DNA from: Antedon mediterranea
Lineage: Eukaryota > Animalia > Echinodermata
DNA length: 64,000 bases
Assembly: GCF_964355755.1 (NCBI RefSeq)
Contig: NC_092677.1
Location: 7,214,101 to 7,278,100 of the forward strand
Reading direction: 5' to 3'
Shown: positions 50,401 to 63,928 of the stretch, piece by piece
Layout: each line of letters starts with the position of its first letter
How positions within the stretch are numbered: the stretch's first letter is position 1
Translations under genes and position numbers: made by a program
The notes under the pieces: model-generated
What the model was told of the DNA's origin: nothing
The model's input: the letters and a program-made list of their open reading frames with translations, nothing else
The model's database searches: none

Positions 50401-51990
50401 AGACTTGTAGTAGTCTCCATCTATCTATATATAATAGATATTTAGTAGGTATGGAATATAAGTTAAATGTAGTTTGTTAATAGGTTATAGATAGCTGTTG
50501 TCTATCTATTATAAATAGACAGTTGATAGATAATACAAAACTGTGTTACTCATAGATTTCTAATAGACTTGTAGTAGTCTCCAGCTATCTATATATAATA
50601 GATATTTAGTAGGTATGGAATATAAGTTAAATGTAGTTTGTTAATAGGTTATAGATAGCTGCTGTCTATCTATTATAAGTAGACAGTTGATAGATAATAC
50701 AAAACTGTGTTACTCATAGATTTCTAATAGACTTGTAGTAGTCTCCATCTATCTATATATAATAGAGATTTAGTAGGTATGGAATATATGTTAAACGTAG
50801 TTTGTTAATAGGTTATAGATAGCTGTTGTCTATCTATTATAAGTAGACAGTTGATAGATAATACAAAACTGTGTTACTCATAGATTTCTAATAGACTTGT
50901 AGTAGTCTCCATCTAACTATATATAATAGATATAGTAGGTATGGAATATAAGTTAAACGTAGTTTGTTAATAGGTTATAGATAGCTGTTGTCTATCTATT
51001 ATAAGTAGACAGTTGATAGATAATACAAAACTGTGTTACTCATAGATTTCTAATAGACTTGTAGTAGTCTCCATCTATCTATATATAATAGATATTTAGT
51101 AGGTATGGAATATATGTTAAACGTAGTTTGTTAATAGGTTATAGATAGCTGTTGTCTATCTATTATAAGTAGACAGTTGATAATACAAAACTGTGTTACT
51201 CATAGATTTCTAATAGACTTGTAGTAGTCTCCATCTATCTATATATAATAGATATAGTAGGTATGGAATATATGTTAAACGTAGTTTGTTAATAGGTTAT
51301 AGATAGCTGTTGTCTATCTATTATAAGTAGACAGTTGATAGATAATACAAAACTGTGTTACTCATAGATTTCTAATAGACTTGTAGTAGTCTCCATCTAT
51401 CTATATATAATAGATATTTAGTAGGTATGGAATATAAGTTAAACATAGTTTGTTAATAGGTTATAGATAGCTGTTGTCTATCTATTATAAGTAGACAGTT
51501 GATAGATAATACAAAACTGTGTTACTCATAAATTTCTAATAGACTTGTAGTAGTCTCCATCTATCTATATATAATAGATATTTAGTAGGTATGGAATATA
51601 TGTTAAACGTAGTTTGTTAATAGGTTATAGATAGCTGTTGTCTATCTATTATAAGTAGACAGTTGATAGATAATACAAAACTGTGTTACTCATAGATTTC
51701 TAATAGACTTGTAGTAGCCTCCATCTATCTATATATAATAGATATTTAGTAGGTATGGAATATAAGTTAAATGTAGTTTGTTAATAGGTTATAGATAGCT
51801 GCTGTCTATTTATTATAAGTAGACAGTTGATAGATAATACAAAACTGTGTTACTCATAGATTTCTAATAGACTTGTAGTAGCCTCCATCTATCTATATAT
51901 AATAGATATTTAGTAGGTATGGAATATAAGTTAAATGTAAAATGTAAAATGTAGTTTGTTAATAGGTTATAGATAGCCGTTGTCTATATA
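47468..51990 (+). repeat. 164-bp tandem satellite, ~27 copies
   Basis: Unit gtctccatctatctatatataatagatatttagtaggtatgg..gatttctaatagacttgtagta; period 164. Confidence 0.98.
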
Positions 51991-52219
51991 TTAGTGCGTG
52001 TGTATAACAATTGTTACACCCAAATTCCCGCTTCTTTTTTGCAGCAGCAGCAGGCACGATGCAGATGATCAGAGAAAAAAGGAGCATTCGCTTGTTGTAG
52101 GCCTTTTCGATCAGACCATGAATGTTTATTTTTATTCCAACCACAATGTCAGTTTAGTGGTAAGTGAATCAATCCATATCTTTACATTTTATTTGTTAAA
52201 GTTAAAGTGTTCCTTTTTG

Positions 52220-52865
52220 ATAGGCTAGAAGCTAGGCTAGTAGGCCTCTAGTAGGCTCTATAAGCTAGCCAGGCCTGTATTAGTTAGTAGGCCTAGGCTA
52301 GGCTACTAAGCTAGGTAGGCCCTAGCCTAGGCCTAGTCTTTTTTAAATTGCACTAGGCATTTTTCATTCAATTTATAATTATAATAGCCTAGCCTAATAT
52401 ACTTTATAGCCTAGGCTTATAGGCCTACTACTAGGCCTAGTTAGCCTAGGCCCTACATTGCCTATTTGTTGTTCAAAAAACATTTATTTATTCAACAATG
52501 GCATTATACAGTATAATAATTATAGGTGTGTACATAAATGAAAACATAGTAATAAGCCACAAGTTGTAGGCCTACTTCCCAGGGTTCAATTATAAAATAG
52601 ATTTTTTAGTTTATAATATTAATACTAAATAGTTATACTGGGCTGCCTAGGCCTATTATCAGTTTGTTAATAGGCCTAAGCCTAGTCTATTAATAGGTTA
52701 TTATTGGTAGCCCTAGTATAGCTATTGTAAGTATGCAGTTGATAGATATTACAACTGTGATATTTAAATAATAGATTTCTAATGCAGTATCTAGGCCTAG
52801 AGGCCTAGGTCATCTAGCTATATCTACTGTATCTATTTGTAATAATTCTTAGTAGGCCTAAGTAT
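52220..52865. repeat. low-complexity (T)AGGCCT(A)/CTAG-rich tract
   Basis: Dense taggcctag/gctaggc words. Confidence 0.7.
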
Positions 52866-53184
52866 ATAAAATAAATAGTTTATTAATAGTTACTGGCTAT
52901 TATCAGTTTCTTTATAGTCTGTTAATAGGTTACTGGTAGGTAGCCCTTGTATAGCAAAATTCAAATGGCATATTCAACACAAAAATGTTTAAACAATTAT
53001 TTTTTCAGAGAGACGATCTTTAACCTATACAAGTACAAATTTGATGGTCAAGTGCAAAGATGATTAATTTATGGTGAAGTGTGCTTTTGCGTAATTAATT
53101 TTTCATGTCAATAGTGACAATATTTGGTGCATTTCTTATTGTCTGGTCTAATTCCATTCAGGAATTGTTTTGAATTTTGAAGTT

Positions 53185-53715
53185 TAAATAAAATGTATAC
53201 TGTATATTTGGATACTGTGTCTTGTTTCATTTGATAAGTCTAGATTGTTACAAAAGTGATGTTAAAACATGTGCAATGTTATGGTTAAGATATTAAGGTT
53301 TACAAATACTGTACTATCTTAATTGTTTGTTAAATAAATTTATAAAATGTATACTGTATATTTGGTTACTAATGTCTTGTTTCACTTAATAAGTCTAAAT
53401 TGTTACAAAATTAGCTGTTGTTGTTGTTTGGTATTCTTCCTTTTACATGTCCAGCTGAGTTAAAACATGTGCAATGGTTAAGATATTAAGGTTTACAAAT
53501 AATGTACTATCTTAATTTTTTGTTAAATAAATTTATAAAATGTATACTGTATATTTGGTTTACTAATGTCTTGTTTCACTTAATAAGTCTAAATTGTTAC
53601 AAAAGTAACTGTTGTTGTTTGGTATTCTTCCTTTTACATGTCCAACTGAGTTAAAATATGTGCTTAAAGTTTTCGGACTCGCATATGTATGGACAAGATT
53701 AAGGTTTACAAATAC
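53185..53715 (+). repeat. ~160-190-bp tandem duplication, ~3 copies
   Basis: ataaaatgtatactgtatatttgg..tgtcttgtttca..gatattaaggtttacaaat recurs at ~53188, 53342, 53535. Confidence 0.85.
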
Positions 53716-53864
53716 GAGAAAAAAATTAATTTGTTATTATTATTGTCATTATACATTTGTTATTTGCCAATAAGATGAATTATTGTTCTGTATCTGTATT
53801 TTAGCCAGAAAAGATTAGATTTTTAATTTCTTTAGATTTTAAGTATCTAAATTAACAGTAGTTA

Positions 53865-54880
53865 ATTTATGTAGATTTTTAATAGCCAATTTATATGTAG
53901 ATTTTTAATAGCCCAATAATATCTATATGTAGATTGTTAATAGCCCAATAATAGTTATATGTAGATTTTTAATAGTCCAATAATATCTATATGTAGATTG
54001 TTAATAGCCCAATAATAGCCAAATAATGTAGATTTTTAGTAGACAAATAATAGCCATTTTTAAGTAGATTTTTAACAGCCCAATAATAGCCAAATAGTGT
54101 AGATTTTTAATAGCCCAATAATAGCCAAATAATGTAGATTTTTAGTAGACAAATAATAGCCATTTTTAAGTAGATTTTTAATAGACCAATAATAGCCAAA
54201 TAATGTAGATTTTTAGTAGACAAATAATAGCCATTTTTAAGTAGATTTTTAATAGACCAATAATATCCAAATAATGTAGATTTTTAGTAGACAAATAATA
54301 GCCATTTTTATGTAGATTTTTAATAGCCCAATAATAGCCAAATAATGTAGATTTTTAGTAGACAAATAATAGCCATTTTTATGTAGATTTTTAATAGCCC
54401 AATAATAGCCAAATAATGTAGATTTTTAGTAGACAAATAATAGCCATTTTTATGTAGATTTTTAATAGCCCAATAATAGCCAAATAATGTAGATTTTTAG
54501 TAGACAAATAATAGCCATTTTTAAGTAGATTTTTAATAGCCCAATAATAGCAAAATAATGTAGATTTTTAGTAGACAAATAATAGCCATTTTTATGTAGA
54601 TTTTTAATAGCCCAATAATAGGCAAATAATGTAGATTTTTAGTAGTTGAATAATAGCCAATTATTTAGTAGATTTTTAATAGTATATTAATAGCCAAATA
54701 ATGTAGATTTTAAGTAGACAAATTATAGCCATTTTATGTAGATTTTTAATTGCCAAATAATAGCCAATTTATACAGATTTTTAATAGCCCAATAATAGTC
54801 ATTTAATTAGTAGATTTTTAATAGCCCATAAATAGCAAATTAATGTAGATTTTTAAAAGCCAAATAATAGCCAATTAAGA
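53865..54880 (+). repeat. ~31-bp minisatellite organised as a ~62-bp dimer
   Basis: Alternating gtagatttttaatagcccaataatagccaaataat and gtagatttttagtagacaaataatagccattttta. Confidence 0.95.
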
Positions 54881-55604
54881 ATCCATTCTAGATAGATTAT
54901 TGGTAGTCTAATCATAGTTGTATTTAGTAGGTGTCGCCTACTAATATCATCGCGAAATATGCTAATGAGGCAAAAATCTACTAACAACTATAAAAAATCT
55001 ATCAAATATCTATCTACTAGTAGGTGATAAATAGGCGACAGCTCTATATCTACTAAGCCGGATAGACTATAAGGCTAACCGCTATAGAGCTATAACTACT
55101 AAGACTTTTTGTTATGGGCAGTTTAATCTGGTGAGAAAATGATTATTGAAATCAAAGGATGAAATGGAACCATAAAACGTGGAGAAATATATTGAACTAT
55201 ACAAAATATCATATTAATATGGTAATAAATAATGACATTCAAATATAGGGATGCGAGAAATAGGTAGAAGGTTCAGTATTTACACGACACAGATTTTGTG
55301 GATCTATAATTGGCAACCTTGTGTGAAATTAAATAAAAACTTGATACTCCACAGTTCAGTAAAAAGATTAAATGCTGATGATGATTTAGTTTAAATTATA
55401 CTGAAAATAAAAGGTTAGTTTAAATTATATAAATGAAATGTTAGAAAATGATACTGAAAAATGTTAAAGTTTAAATACCCAAAATTAAACTGTATTTTGA
55501 ATTAAAAACAATAAACTAATGAATGGTTAGCCAATATGATTTAAACAAAACTTGTGAATGTGTATTGTCTTGAATGCATTGTAATTTTAATGATTTTAGT
55601 TCAG

Positions 55605-55930
55605 GGCAAACAAGGGGTAAGAAAGAGAGAAAAAACAGCATAAGAAAGACAGCAAAAACAGGGGAAGAAAGAGAGCAAAAACATGGGTAGAAAGAGAGCA
55701 ATAACAGGGAAGAAAGAGAGCAAAAACAGAGGAAGAAAGAGATAAAAAAACAGGGGAAGAAAGAAAGAGAGCAAAAACAGGGGAAGAAAGAGAGTAAAAA
55801 CAAGGGAAGAAAGAGATCAAAAACAGGGGAAGAAAGAGATCAAAAACAGGGGAAAAAAGAGATCAAAAACAAAGAAAGAAAGAGATCAAAAACAGGGGAA
55901 AAAAGAGATCAAAAACAGGGGAAGAAAGAG
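55605..55930 (+). repeat. ~22-bp purine-rich minisatellite
   Basis: aaaaacaggggaagaaagagatc repeats. Confidence 0.9.
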
Positions 55931-58900
55931 TAGTATGCAAAACAAATAAGTAAAGATTATCTTAGGAGAGGAAATGTAAAAAAAATAAATCTTTCCCCTT
56001 TTCGCGTTCTTTTTTAGCCTAGGGAACCAGTATGTCTAGATACATTACCTACTGACTTACAAGTTTAAAATCATAGATGCTAATTCAAACCTGTTTAGAC
56101 ATTGATATATTAAGATTTTAAAAGGGATATTAATTTTATTGATGTATGATGAGCAAATAGCATTGGATGAGGGGCTTTTGTCTTAGGTATTAAAAGCTCG
56201 GAATAAGAAATAATTCTGCCTGCAGGGTCTAGCTCATCTGTCAGGGGCTAAGCGTAGTAATGAAGTTACAACTTCATCATGTACAAGATATTTTTCTTGT
56301 TAGCTAGTAACAGTAAATTCTTATACTCATTATTGTATTAATTGTGCGGTTGAATATAAATGAAAATGGATAAAGAATATGATTGATTAAAATGTTTACC
56401 TTTAGCTTTATGCTAGGTATCAACACCTTGAAATTGTACATCTGTTAATAATTCGTAGTTTTTAAAGATGATGATGATGATGATGTCAATTTTGTTGTAA
56501 ATCCATCAACCATATTCTTCAACTTGATCTTTATATCTTGAAAGAATTTCATTTAGCTTCGATTTTGTATAGATGACAAATTTGATCTTTATAGTTCCCA
56601 CTTCAATTGTAAACATATGATTGTTTTTTTTGTCTGATTATTTAAGGTGGGCCTGAGTAAATATCACAAATTATTTCTGTGTGTTCTAGTAAGATTTTAA
56701 TTTAAAGTTGTTAAAAATAACATTTTTTTCTGAAATGTTTTTTTGTTGTAGTTATCTTTTTGTAGGATCTTGCATGTGACACGAACCTTGTGCAAGATAC
56801 CTAAATATTTAATAATGATTCTTTAAAAATGTATTTGCCATTATTAAAAATTAATAAATATTTTGAAAACAAATCCTCTGTTATAAACAGATCATCTCCA
56901 CAGGCTGAATGATCATTTTCAATCTTCGATTGTCTTACACATAATTCTTATCCTGCAGTACTTTCCACAATGCCAACCTAAAAACTTGCAGTATAAGTAA
57001 GACTGGTAGTAATCAATAGTGTTGGGACCAGGACTTGTTGTTGTAGGTGTACAAATGGGTATGTGACATGGTCATACACAACCTGTGCTGATTACTATTA
57101 GTTGCAACATGCAACACTATGTTTGTTATCCATATCCATTGATCCAAAAATGACCAAGGTGATAAGAGTAGATCATTTAGAGGTTTTGAGTATTAAGCAC
57201 TATAAAAGAACATCGTACACTAGACCTATTGCATATGTTCCTTCTTTTGTACATTCCACTGTAGGCCTACACTCAGTGGTGGTTCATTTGAAATCTTTAT
57301 ATATACCTGTAACAAAACATAATCATAAAAACATGTCTTCTTTATGGCTGAAATGCAATAAATTTTAACAACATGCTATTTTCCAAAGGAATTGGATTAA
57401 AAAGAAATGTTCAATAATATAAATCTACAATATATGGTGAGTGTTGTTGTTACATTAAGTAGGTATATAATCAATACAGTACGCTTTTTAGAATTTTTTA
57501 CCGCTTTCACTGATCGTCTTTATGATAGGATAGCTTTATACAGCATTATTCCTTTAATCCATAGATTCAACAGATAAAAAACTTATGTGTTTGATGCGCT
57601 ATCAAAAAGTGTGCATTAATAACAGCTACTCCTTTAGGATTACTTCAGAACAACGACGAAAAACTACTTTTGTTCTAGATCATTTCTGTTTGTGAATATA
57701 TTCTTCATCAGCTTACAAAAAAAATTGTAATGTTTTAATGATCAGTATAGAGCATAATTCATATATGAAATGTGTCTAGGTGATACTGAGATCTCAATTT
57801 GCCATCCATTGAAGCGTAGAGGTGGTGTTCTTATCTACCTCAATGCTGATTGCGTGTGTTATGTCTCGTATGTAGCATTCTGTCTCTTAGATATGACTGT
57901 AAATTTTGTGTCGTTTGCACGTTGTATAAGCAGGCCGATTGAGGCATGGAAAATTTTTTTTACTCTCATCTTCCTGATTATTCACCGATTATTCATGAAT
58001 TATCTTCTCCTTCAGCAAGAAAAAAACAAAAAAGGTTAAGACGATAAGAACCTCAGAAAAATATGCATCATGTTCTCAGTCTTGAACCCTGCTATACCTG
58101 CAGGATTTTGATTAAAATATCGATACCCTTCTCCAATCAAAAGCAGCCGTTTTATTGCAAACTGTTCTGAATTAATTTTTTTTTCTTCCTTATCTTGCAC
58201 AATTTGAAGTCATTACAATCAATCTTGTTATTATTCAACCTTCACTTTGACATACGGATGTCTAAACTCCTTTGTTTTCAATTTGTAATAGATTGTTTTA
58301 TACTAACTCTGAAACAAATTAGAATCAAATAATCGTTTTTTAAAAGATGTTTAGGTACAGTAAAAAGAACTTTATAAATAGAAATGAAAATTGTAAAAAA
58401 ACTTTAAATATAGAAAATTTAAAACAAAATTATTTTAGCTTTTGTTAATAAGTTACATTTGTTGAAAAAAACAATAGAATTAAGAATCATTTTTTTAATT
58501 AGAAGAAGTTTTGAAAATAACAAATGGATATCAACATCATAAGAAAATTAGTATTAGGAATTTCAAAAGCATAACAGAGCCTCTAAAGCTGGTCCTTGTA
58601 AATAGAAGTCCTTCTAATAAAAGTTATTTTGTAGGCTCCAGTCACTAGGCTGAATAAAAGCCTAAAATAAACCAGATCCCTGCGGGTATCAATGCTCCTA
58701 TTGATGACACCTGACCTTAGCAGACAATGTCTACAGTTCTTCCTGCAAATTATTCACGTAAAAAAAAAAATGTTAAGACTTTGCAAGTCATTTATTAAAA
58801 GTACACAATGATAATGTATTATGCTTTGCATGCATTATCAAAATATTTAAATAAATAACTTATGGTTATTTTATTCAGGCTCAGGGACATGAAGGGTATA

Positions 58901-60514
58901 AAGTCCTTAGCAAAGAAATACTTTTTTTTTGCATGCATAATATCAAAAGTTTAGTAAGAAACTATTGATTACTTTTGCTCAAGATAATTCTTGTACTACT
59001 AATTTAAAAAAAAATGAAATTAGAAATGACTACTGTATTTAAAACTAAAAGGAATTCAACCTCTAGAAGTTGCTTGCTTTCTTACAAATCCTAATGTGCT
59101 ACAGTATCAAGAGGTGGAATTTGTAGTGTGGTAGGTAGTGACTTGCTTACTAATTCCCTGGTGCTGGGATCAAGTTGTAGTACCAGGATTTTCTCATAGC
59201 ATAAAACATTAGTTTAGATAAATATTAAATATTATTACTGCTTATTTTACATATTTAATTTTACAAATTAAAGATGGATTTTTAAAGAAAGTTGATTATT
59301 AAAAGGACTATATCATTGATTTTATTGAGCAGACCATATCATTATGAAAGAATAAATCAGAGAAAACAGCAGATTCTTTGGTAATCAGTAAAACGACATC
59401 AACCTCTCATGTGTGAAGCCTTACTTCCGCAACATCAATCGTTTCAAACTACTTGTACACAGAAGTTCATCATTTCAGTACTGGACTAGCAACAACAGAC
59501 CTGTCAATTAACATAATATAATCAAAAATTAATTAAATCAACCTAATAAATGGCAATAATAATAATTGTTATGTAATTATAATAATCTATAATAACTTAT
59601 GATGTATCTAGTTGCTAATGCTTTAAAAGTCAGCTGAATTTTGACACCTTAGATCAATTCGTAAAGACATTGTCTCTCAGAACGGCGTAAGTCTTAATAA
59701 TGGTAGACATTGGTTGCATATTGTTACATCTCACACGCCAATGGTTTTTGTGAATGAAAGTAAAAGCGTTGTATATTTTGAATTACGGTAATGGAATTAC
59801 AAATGAAGTGGAAAATGCCTTAAAAGAGTGTTTGACTTTGTTCCATTATTATTCAGTATCTATCAGTATATTGGTTGATGATTGATGATATAATAATGGT
59901 TTATTAAATTGACATGTTGTCTAACTGGAAATGGTATCTAAAAGTGTATTTTAATCGTTCTACTGTATAAAATTCTACTGTATACATACAGATACGTTTT
60001 TTTTTTGTAGTCAGGGGAAATATTTTATATATGTATAATTAGGTAAAAACACAATTCATAGAATATTTATAAATAATACTACTAAAAAGGCCATTTACAG
60101 TAGTTGTTTTTTTTACAATCAATTATAGCTTAGAAACTAGACCTTTAATTTGTAGATAGAAATGAATATTTGTTAGTATAAATCAATTATTAATATTATT
60201 AATAAAAAAGATTTTTTTGTTTTTAACAAAAATTTAATTTTTTTAAAGCAAAAAATGCAGAGTTCAACTGCATTGAATGCATAGTTTAACTGCATTGATA
60301 TTAAACCTAGATTCTTAAAAAAAAAAAAAAAATAATGGGATGGGGATCATTTTAATTTAAGTTTTCCCGGTAGATAGTATACAAGTAAAACTGTTAAGTA
60401 GTATATGAAACCTTGTTTTCAAATTTTGACAAGTACTCATTTCTAAGGGCGTTCTATGCATGTTTTTAAAAAAAGGTATTTTCCTGTTCTACACAATATA
60501 TATAAAAATTCTTT

Positions 60515-61110
60515 CAATTTCCTCAATTCTTTTTTTAAAGTGACAAATATAATAAAAACTTTGTTAAAATGATTGATTCTGGCCTAACTGATCCTATCAT
60601 CTTAAACACAACCATAAATAAAGCAATAAAAATATTTATAACTTACAACAAATTTAGGAACAAAAAACACATTCTTATTTTGTATTAAAACAATGCTTCA
60701 ACAACCTGATAGATTTTCCTCAATTCTTTTTTCAAAGTGACAAATATAATGAAAACTTTATTAAAATGATTGATTCTGGCCTAACTGACTCCATCATCTT
60801 AAACACAACCATAAATAAAGCAATAAAAATATTTATAATTTACAACAAATTTTGGAACAAAAAACACATTCTTATTTTGTATTAAAACAATGCTTCAACA
60901 ACCTGATAGATTTTCCTCAATTCAAAGTGACAAATATAATGAAAACTTTATTAAAACGATTGATTCTGGCCTAACTGACTCCATCATCTTAAACACAACC
61001 ATAAACAAAGCAATAAAAATAATAATATTTATAACTTACAAAAAATGTAGGAACAAAAAACACATTCTTATTTTGTATTTAAAACAATGCTTCAACAACC
61101 TGATAGATTC
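60515..61110 (+). repeat. ~195-bp tandem repeat x3
   Basis: tttcctcaattc..aaagtgacaaatataat..gattctggcctaactga..caacaacctgatagatt. Confidence 0.92.
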
Positions 61111-63302
61111 AGTAGAAAACTTAAGCTTAAAACATCCGGTATCTTTTACAATAGATTAATTTATTGAAACATTTTTGTTTTTTTAACAAGTGCAGTAATT
61201 TATTGGAAGTAATGTGATGTGGTCTGATGATTTGTTTTGAAAAAAATGTTGTTTTTGAAAGATTTCCATTCTCAGTACCACTAATGAAGAGTAAGCCTGT
61301 GTTGAATTATAGGCTTGACGGGAAAATGTATCAAATAGTTTCTTGTGAGGTTTCCCTGTGGGTACAATGGTACGCATTTTGTGGTCTACTTATGTATTCA
61401 GAGTTTGTAAATGATGGTTTTCTAAATCAAATAGAAATACATCGTAAATTACTAATCTCATTAGAGGATGGTTGATGTGTCCAACAGTACATTCTTCAAG
61501 GAAACAAATCGAGACATTCATATGTTTGTTGTCACTGCATTCATACGCACTTTTAGCTTGACAGTTTTATATCTGCTTTTGAATCTAACAGGTAAACATT
61601 TTTTCTTCTTCTTATATATGACATTTATTATAATATGATAATCTATTTAAGTTCTTGCTTATATCCTTTTTTTTTTGCACTTTATTATTGTATCTACTGG
61701 AACCTTACTTTTTCTTTTCTATTGATATTCAACTAAAATCTGTCTGGCCTTTTTAAATGTTTTTTTTAGAAAGCAATTTTACGTTACCATGCGTACAATG
61801 TAATGTCTTTAGGAAACTCAGCCTTAAAGCTGTTTTTGGCTTATTTGAGATTCCACACATAAACAAAGACTTAACCAGGCTTTTTTTTCTTGATCTTTTT
61901 TTTATTTTATGTAGAAATAAAAAATGAAATGAAGTGAACTACAATTTAAGTGTTCTAAGTTTCTGTCAGTTATTTTTACTTTCAGGTTAATAGCCATGAA
62001 ACAGGACTTTGCAGACTTTTAGCTATTTTTAACAATTTTAAATTCTTGTTTAAATTTTAATATCAAATATTCTTTTATTCAAAATCGTTATTTTAATTAT
62101 ACCGTTTAATTTTTCTGTAATATTGAATTCTAAAAACTGTTTTATTATGACCTCGCCGCCTATTTTTATTTGATGGAATCTTTGTTCAGGTTAGTTTAGA
62201 TGTGTACTTTGTAATTTATAAGATGATTAATACAAAATAATACCAAACAAGAAACACTTTTTTTGTAGTATATTAAAAACCTCTGTAGTTTCATTCCTGT
62301 AACTTAGATTTCTAGGTTCAGGTATTCACATACTGTACTCAATAGGAAATGAATTATTGTCAACTCTTCGCTGATGCCTCAAAATGTAGTTTGAGAAAAA
62401 AAAACGTTTATCTGATTGACGGCCATTGACATTAAACCAACCAACCTTGCAATTTGCGTAATGTTAACAAATTGATTTGACAACCACCAACTGCTTTAAG
62501 CGGTTTCTTGATATTTAGCAGAAATGCTGTCGAATTTTAAAATAATAATTTTTAATCTATTTTATTTGATGTTTATGCAGCAGAAACAGGTCCTGATAAT
62601 AATTCAGTATTGGGAATACCCTTTAATTAATATTAATAATATTCCACATAAAAACCCATTGTGACTCACATTATTGTTCATTTATGCAAAGAAATTCCAG
62701 GATGATTAGTTTTTAGTCTGAAGGTATGAACTATTACCACTATCAGCTGCCCTGTTACGCTTCATTGAAGCAGTGGTCAAACTAATGAATGTTAGTTGCC
62801 ACCCGACCGGTATTGGCAATCATTCAAAATTTAAACAATGCCCACGTAAAACCAAAAATTATGGTTCAGTTCACATTAATAGTCATTGGTGGTTTGTACC
62901 AGGACTTACCAGCCAAAGTTATGATTCACATTCACAAATTTGTTTTTCATGAAGAAAATAAGAATAATAAATGTTCCTGCATGGTTACAGTAGAGAAGAC
63001 GGATTGAAATTTTACTCTTCCCTGGTTACAGGGAATAGTGTATTAAAAAAGTTTCTCTAGACCTAGACCAGGACATTAAACACAATTTAGAGTTGTAGGT
63101 TTGCAGGTAAACAAAACTTCACCTGTTTGTAGGCATACATTATAAAATAGTATGTTTATGGTCTTTTGAAACTAATTTTAAAAATTCCAAAGTGTAGTTT
63201 GGTGGCCTGAAAGCAAGTGTTATCACTAGCGGCTGCCAGACTTCATGAATCATTCAGATAGCAAAGAGGTGATCAATTTCAGTTGTTGTCAAGCAAAATT
63301 AA

Positions 63303-63928
63303 AGCCCCATTCCCTACGTTTTTTAGATCTAATTTAAGGTCACAAACTATATTTAATGTAAAAATGATACTATATGGTCCTATTGCGATATCTTTTTTCG
63401 TCTTTAAACGGTTAAAAATGTGAAAAATAAGTCGATTCTAATAATTATAGCGGCCCGCTATAAATCCCAAAATGCATTGCGCGCGGATTGATATTTTTGT
63501 TTTTCACCTGTAATTCGCCCACTTTTCGATCGATCGTGAGGCCAAAACAAATGGAAGACTCCTAACTTTTCAGCGAAAATACCGGGTTTTCCCCAATTTG
63601 TATCAACGGAGTCTGGCAAAAATAGAAAGACAATTAATGCAGCAACTATACAACGTCAGGCTAGGTATATAGCTCGCGTACGATGTTCGTACGTTACAGA
63701 TGTTTACCAGCTAGGCCTACAAAACTAAGCCTAGCTAGGCTAGGCCTAAGACCGTCCACGAGAGGTCGATCGCCGCGAGCTACTTAGGTAGTGCATTGTT
63801 TCTCACTTTTTATCATAATTTACGATAAAACGTACATTTAAGACAAGGAATGACATGGTTTAATGTTTTTAAAGTGATATATATGTATTATTTTCCAAAA
63901 AACGTCCAAAATTGCAGGGAAGGGGTCT
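63303..63928. mobile_element. non-autonomous Kolobok-like element
   Basis: TTAA on both flanks (63299-63302, 63929-63932); imperfect TIR agccccattccctac / gcagggaaggggtct with an AG start. Confidence 0.75.

Larger units (their letters stand above)
47158..55118. mobile_element. ~8-kb non-autonomous CMC/EnSpm-like transposon carrying satellites
   Basis: Termini cccataacgaaa.. / ..ttttgttatggg (imperfect TIR of ~29 bp), CA on both flanks (47156-47157, 55119-55120). Confidence 0.75.

Noticed and set aside
55516-55820. Hydrophobic Phe/Leu/Ser ORFs resembling membrane proteins
   Set aside because: Translation of a pyrimidine-rich minisatellite strand.
56145-56280. snoRNA- or hammerhead-like segment (ATGATGA, gggctttt/aaaagctc stem, ataaga, ACA)
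   Set aside because: No D box, the hammerhead core is mismatched at both conserved strands, and the hairpins do not fit H/ACA geometry convincingly.
61220-61245. ctgatga..gaaa hammerhead-like words
   Set aside because: No pairing for stem II or stem I.
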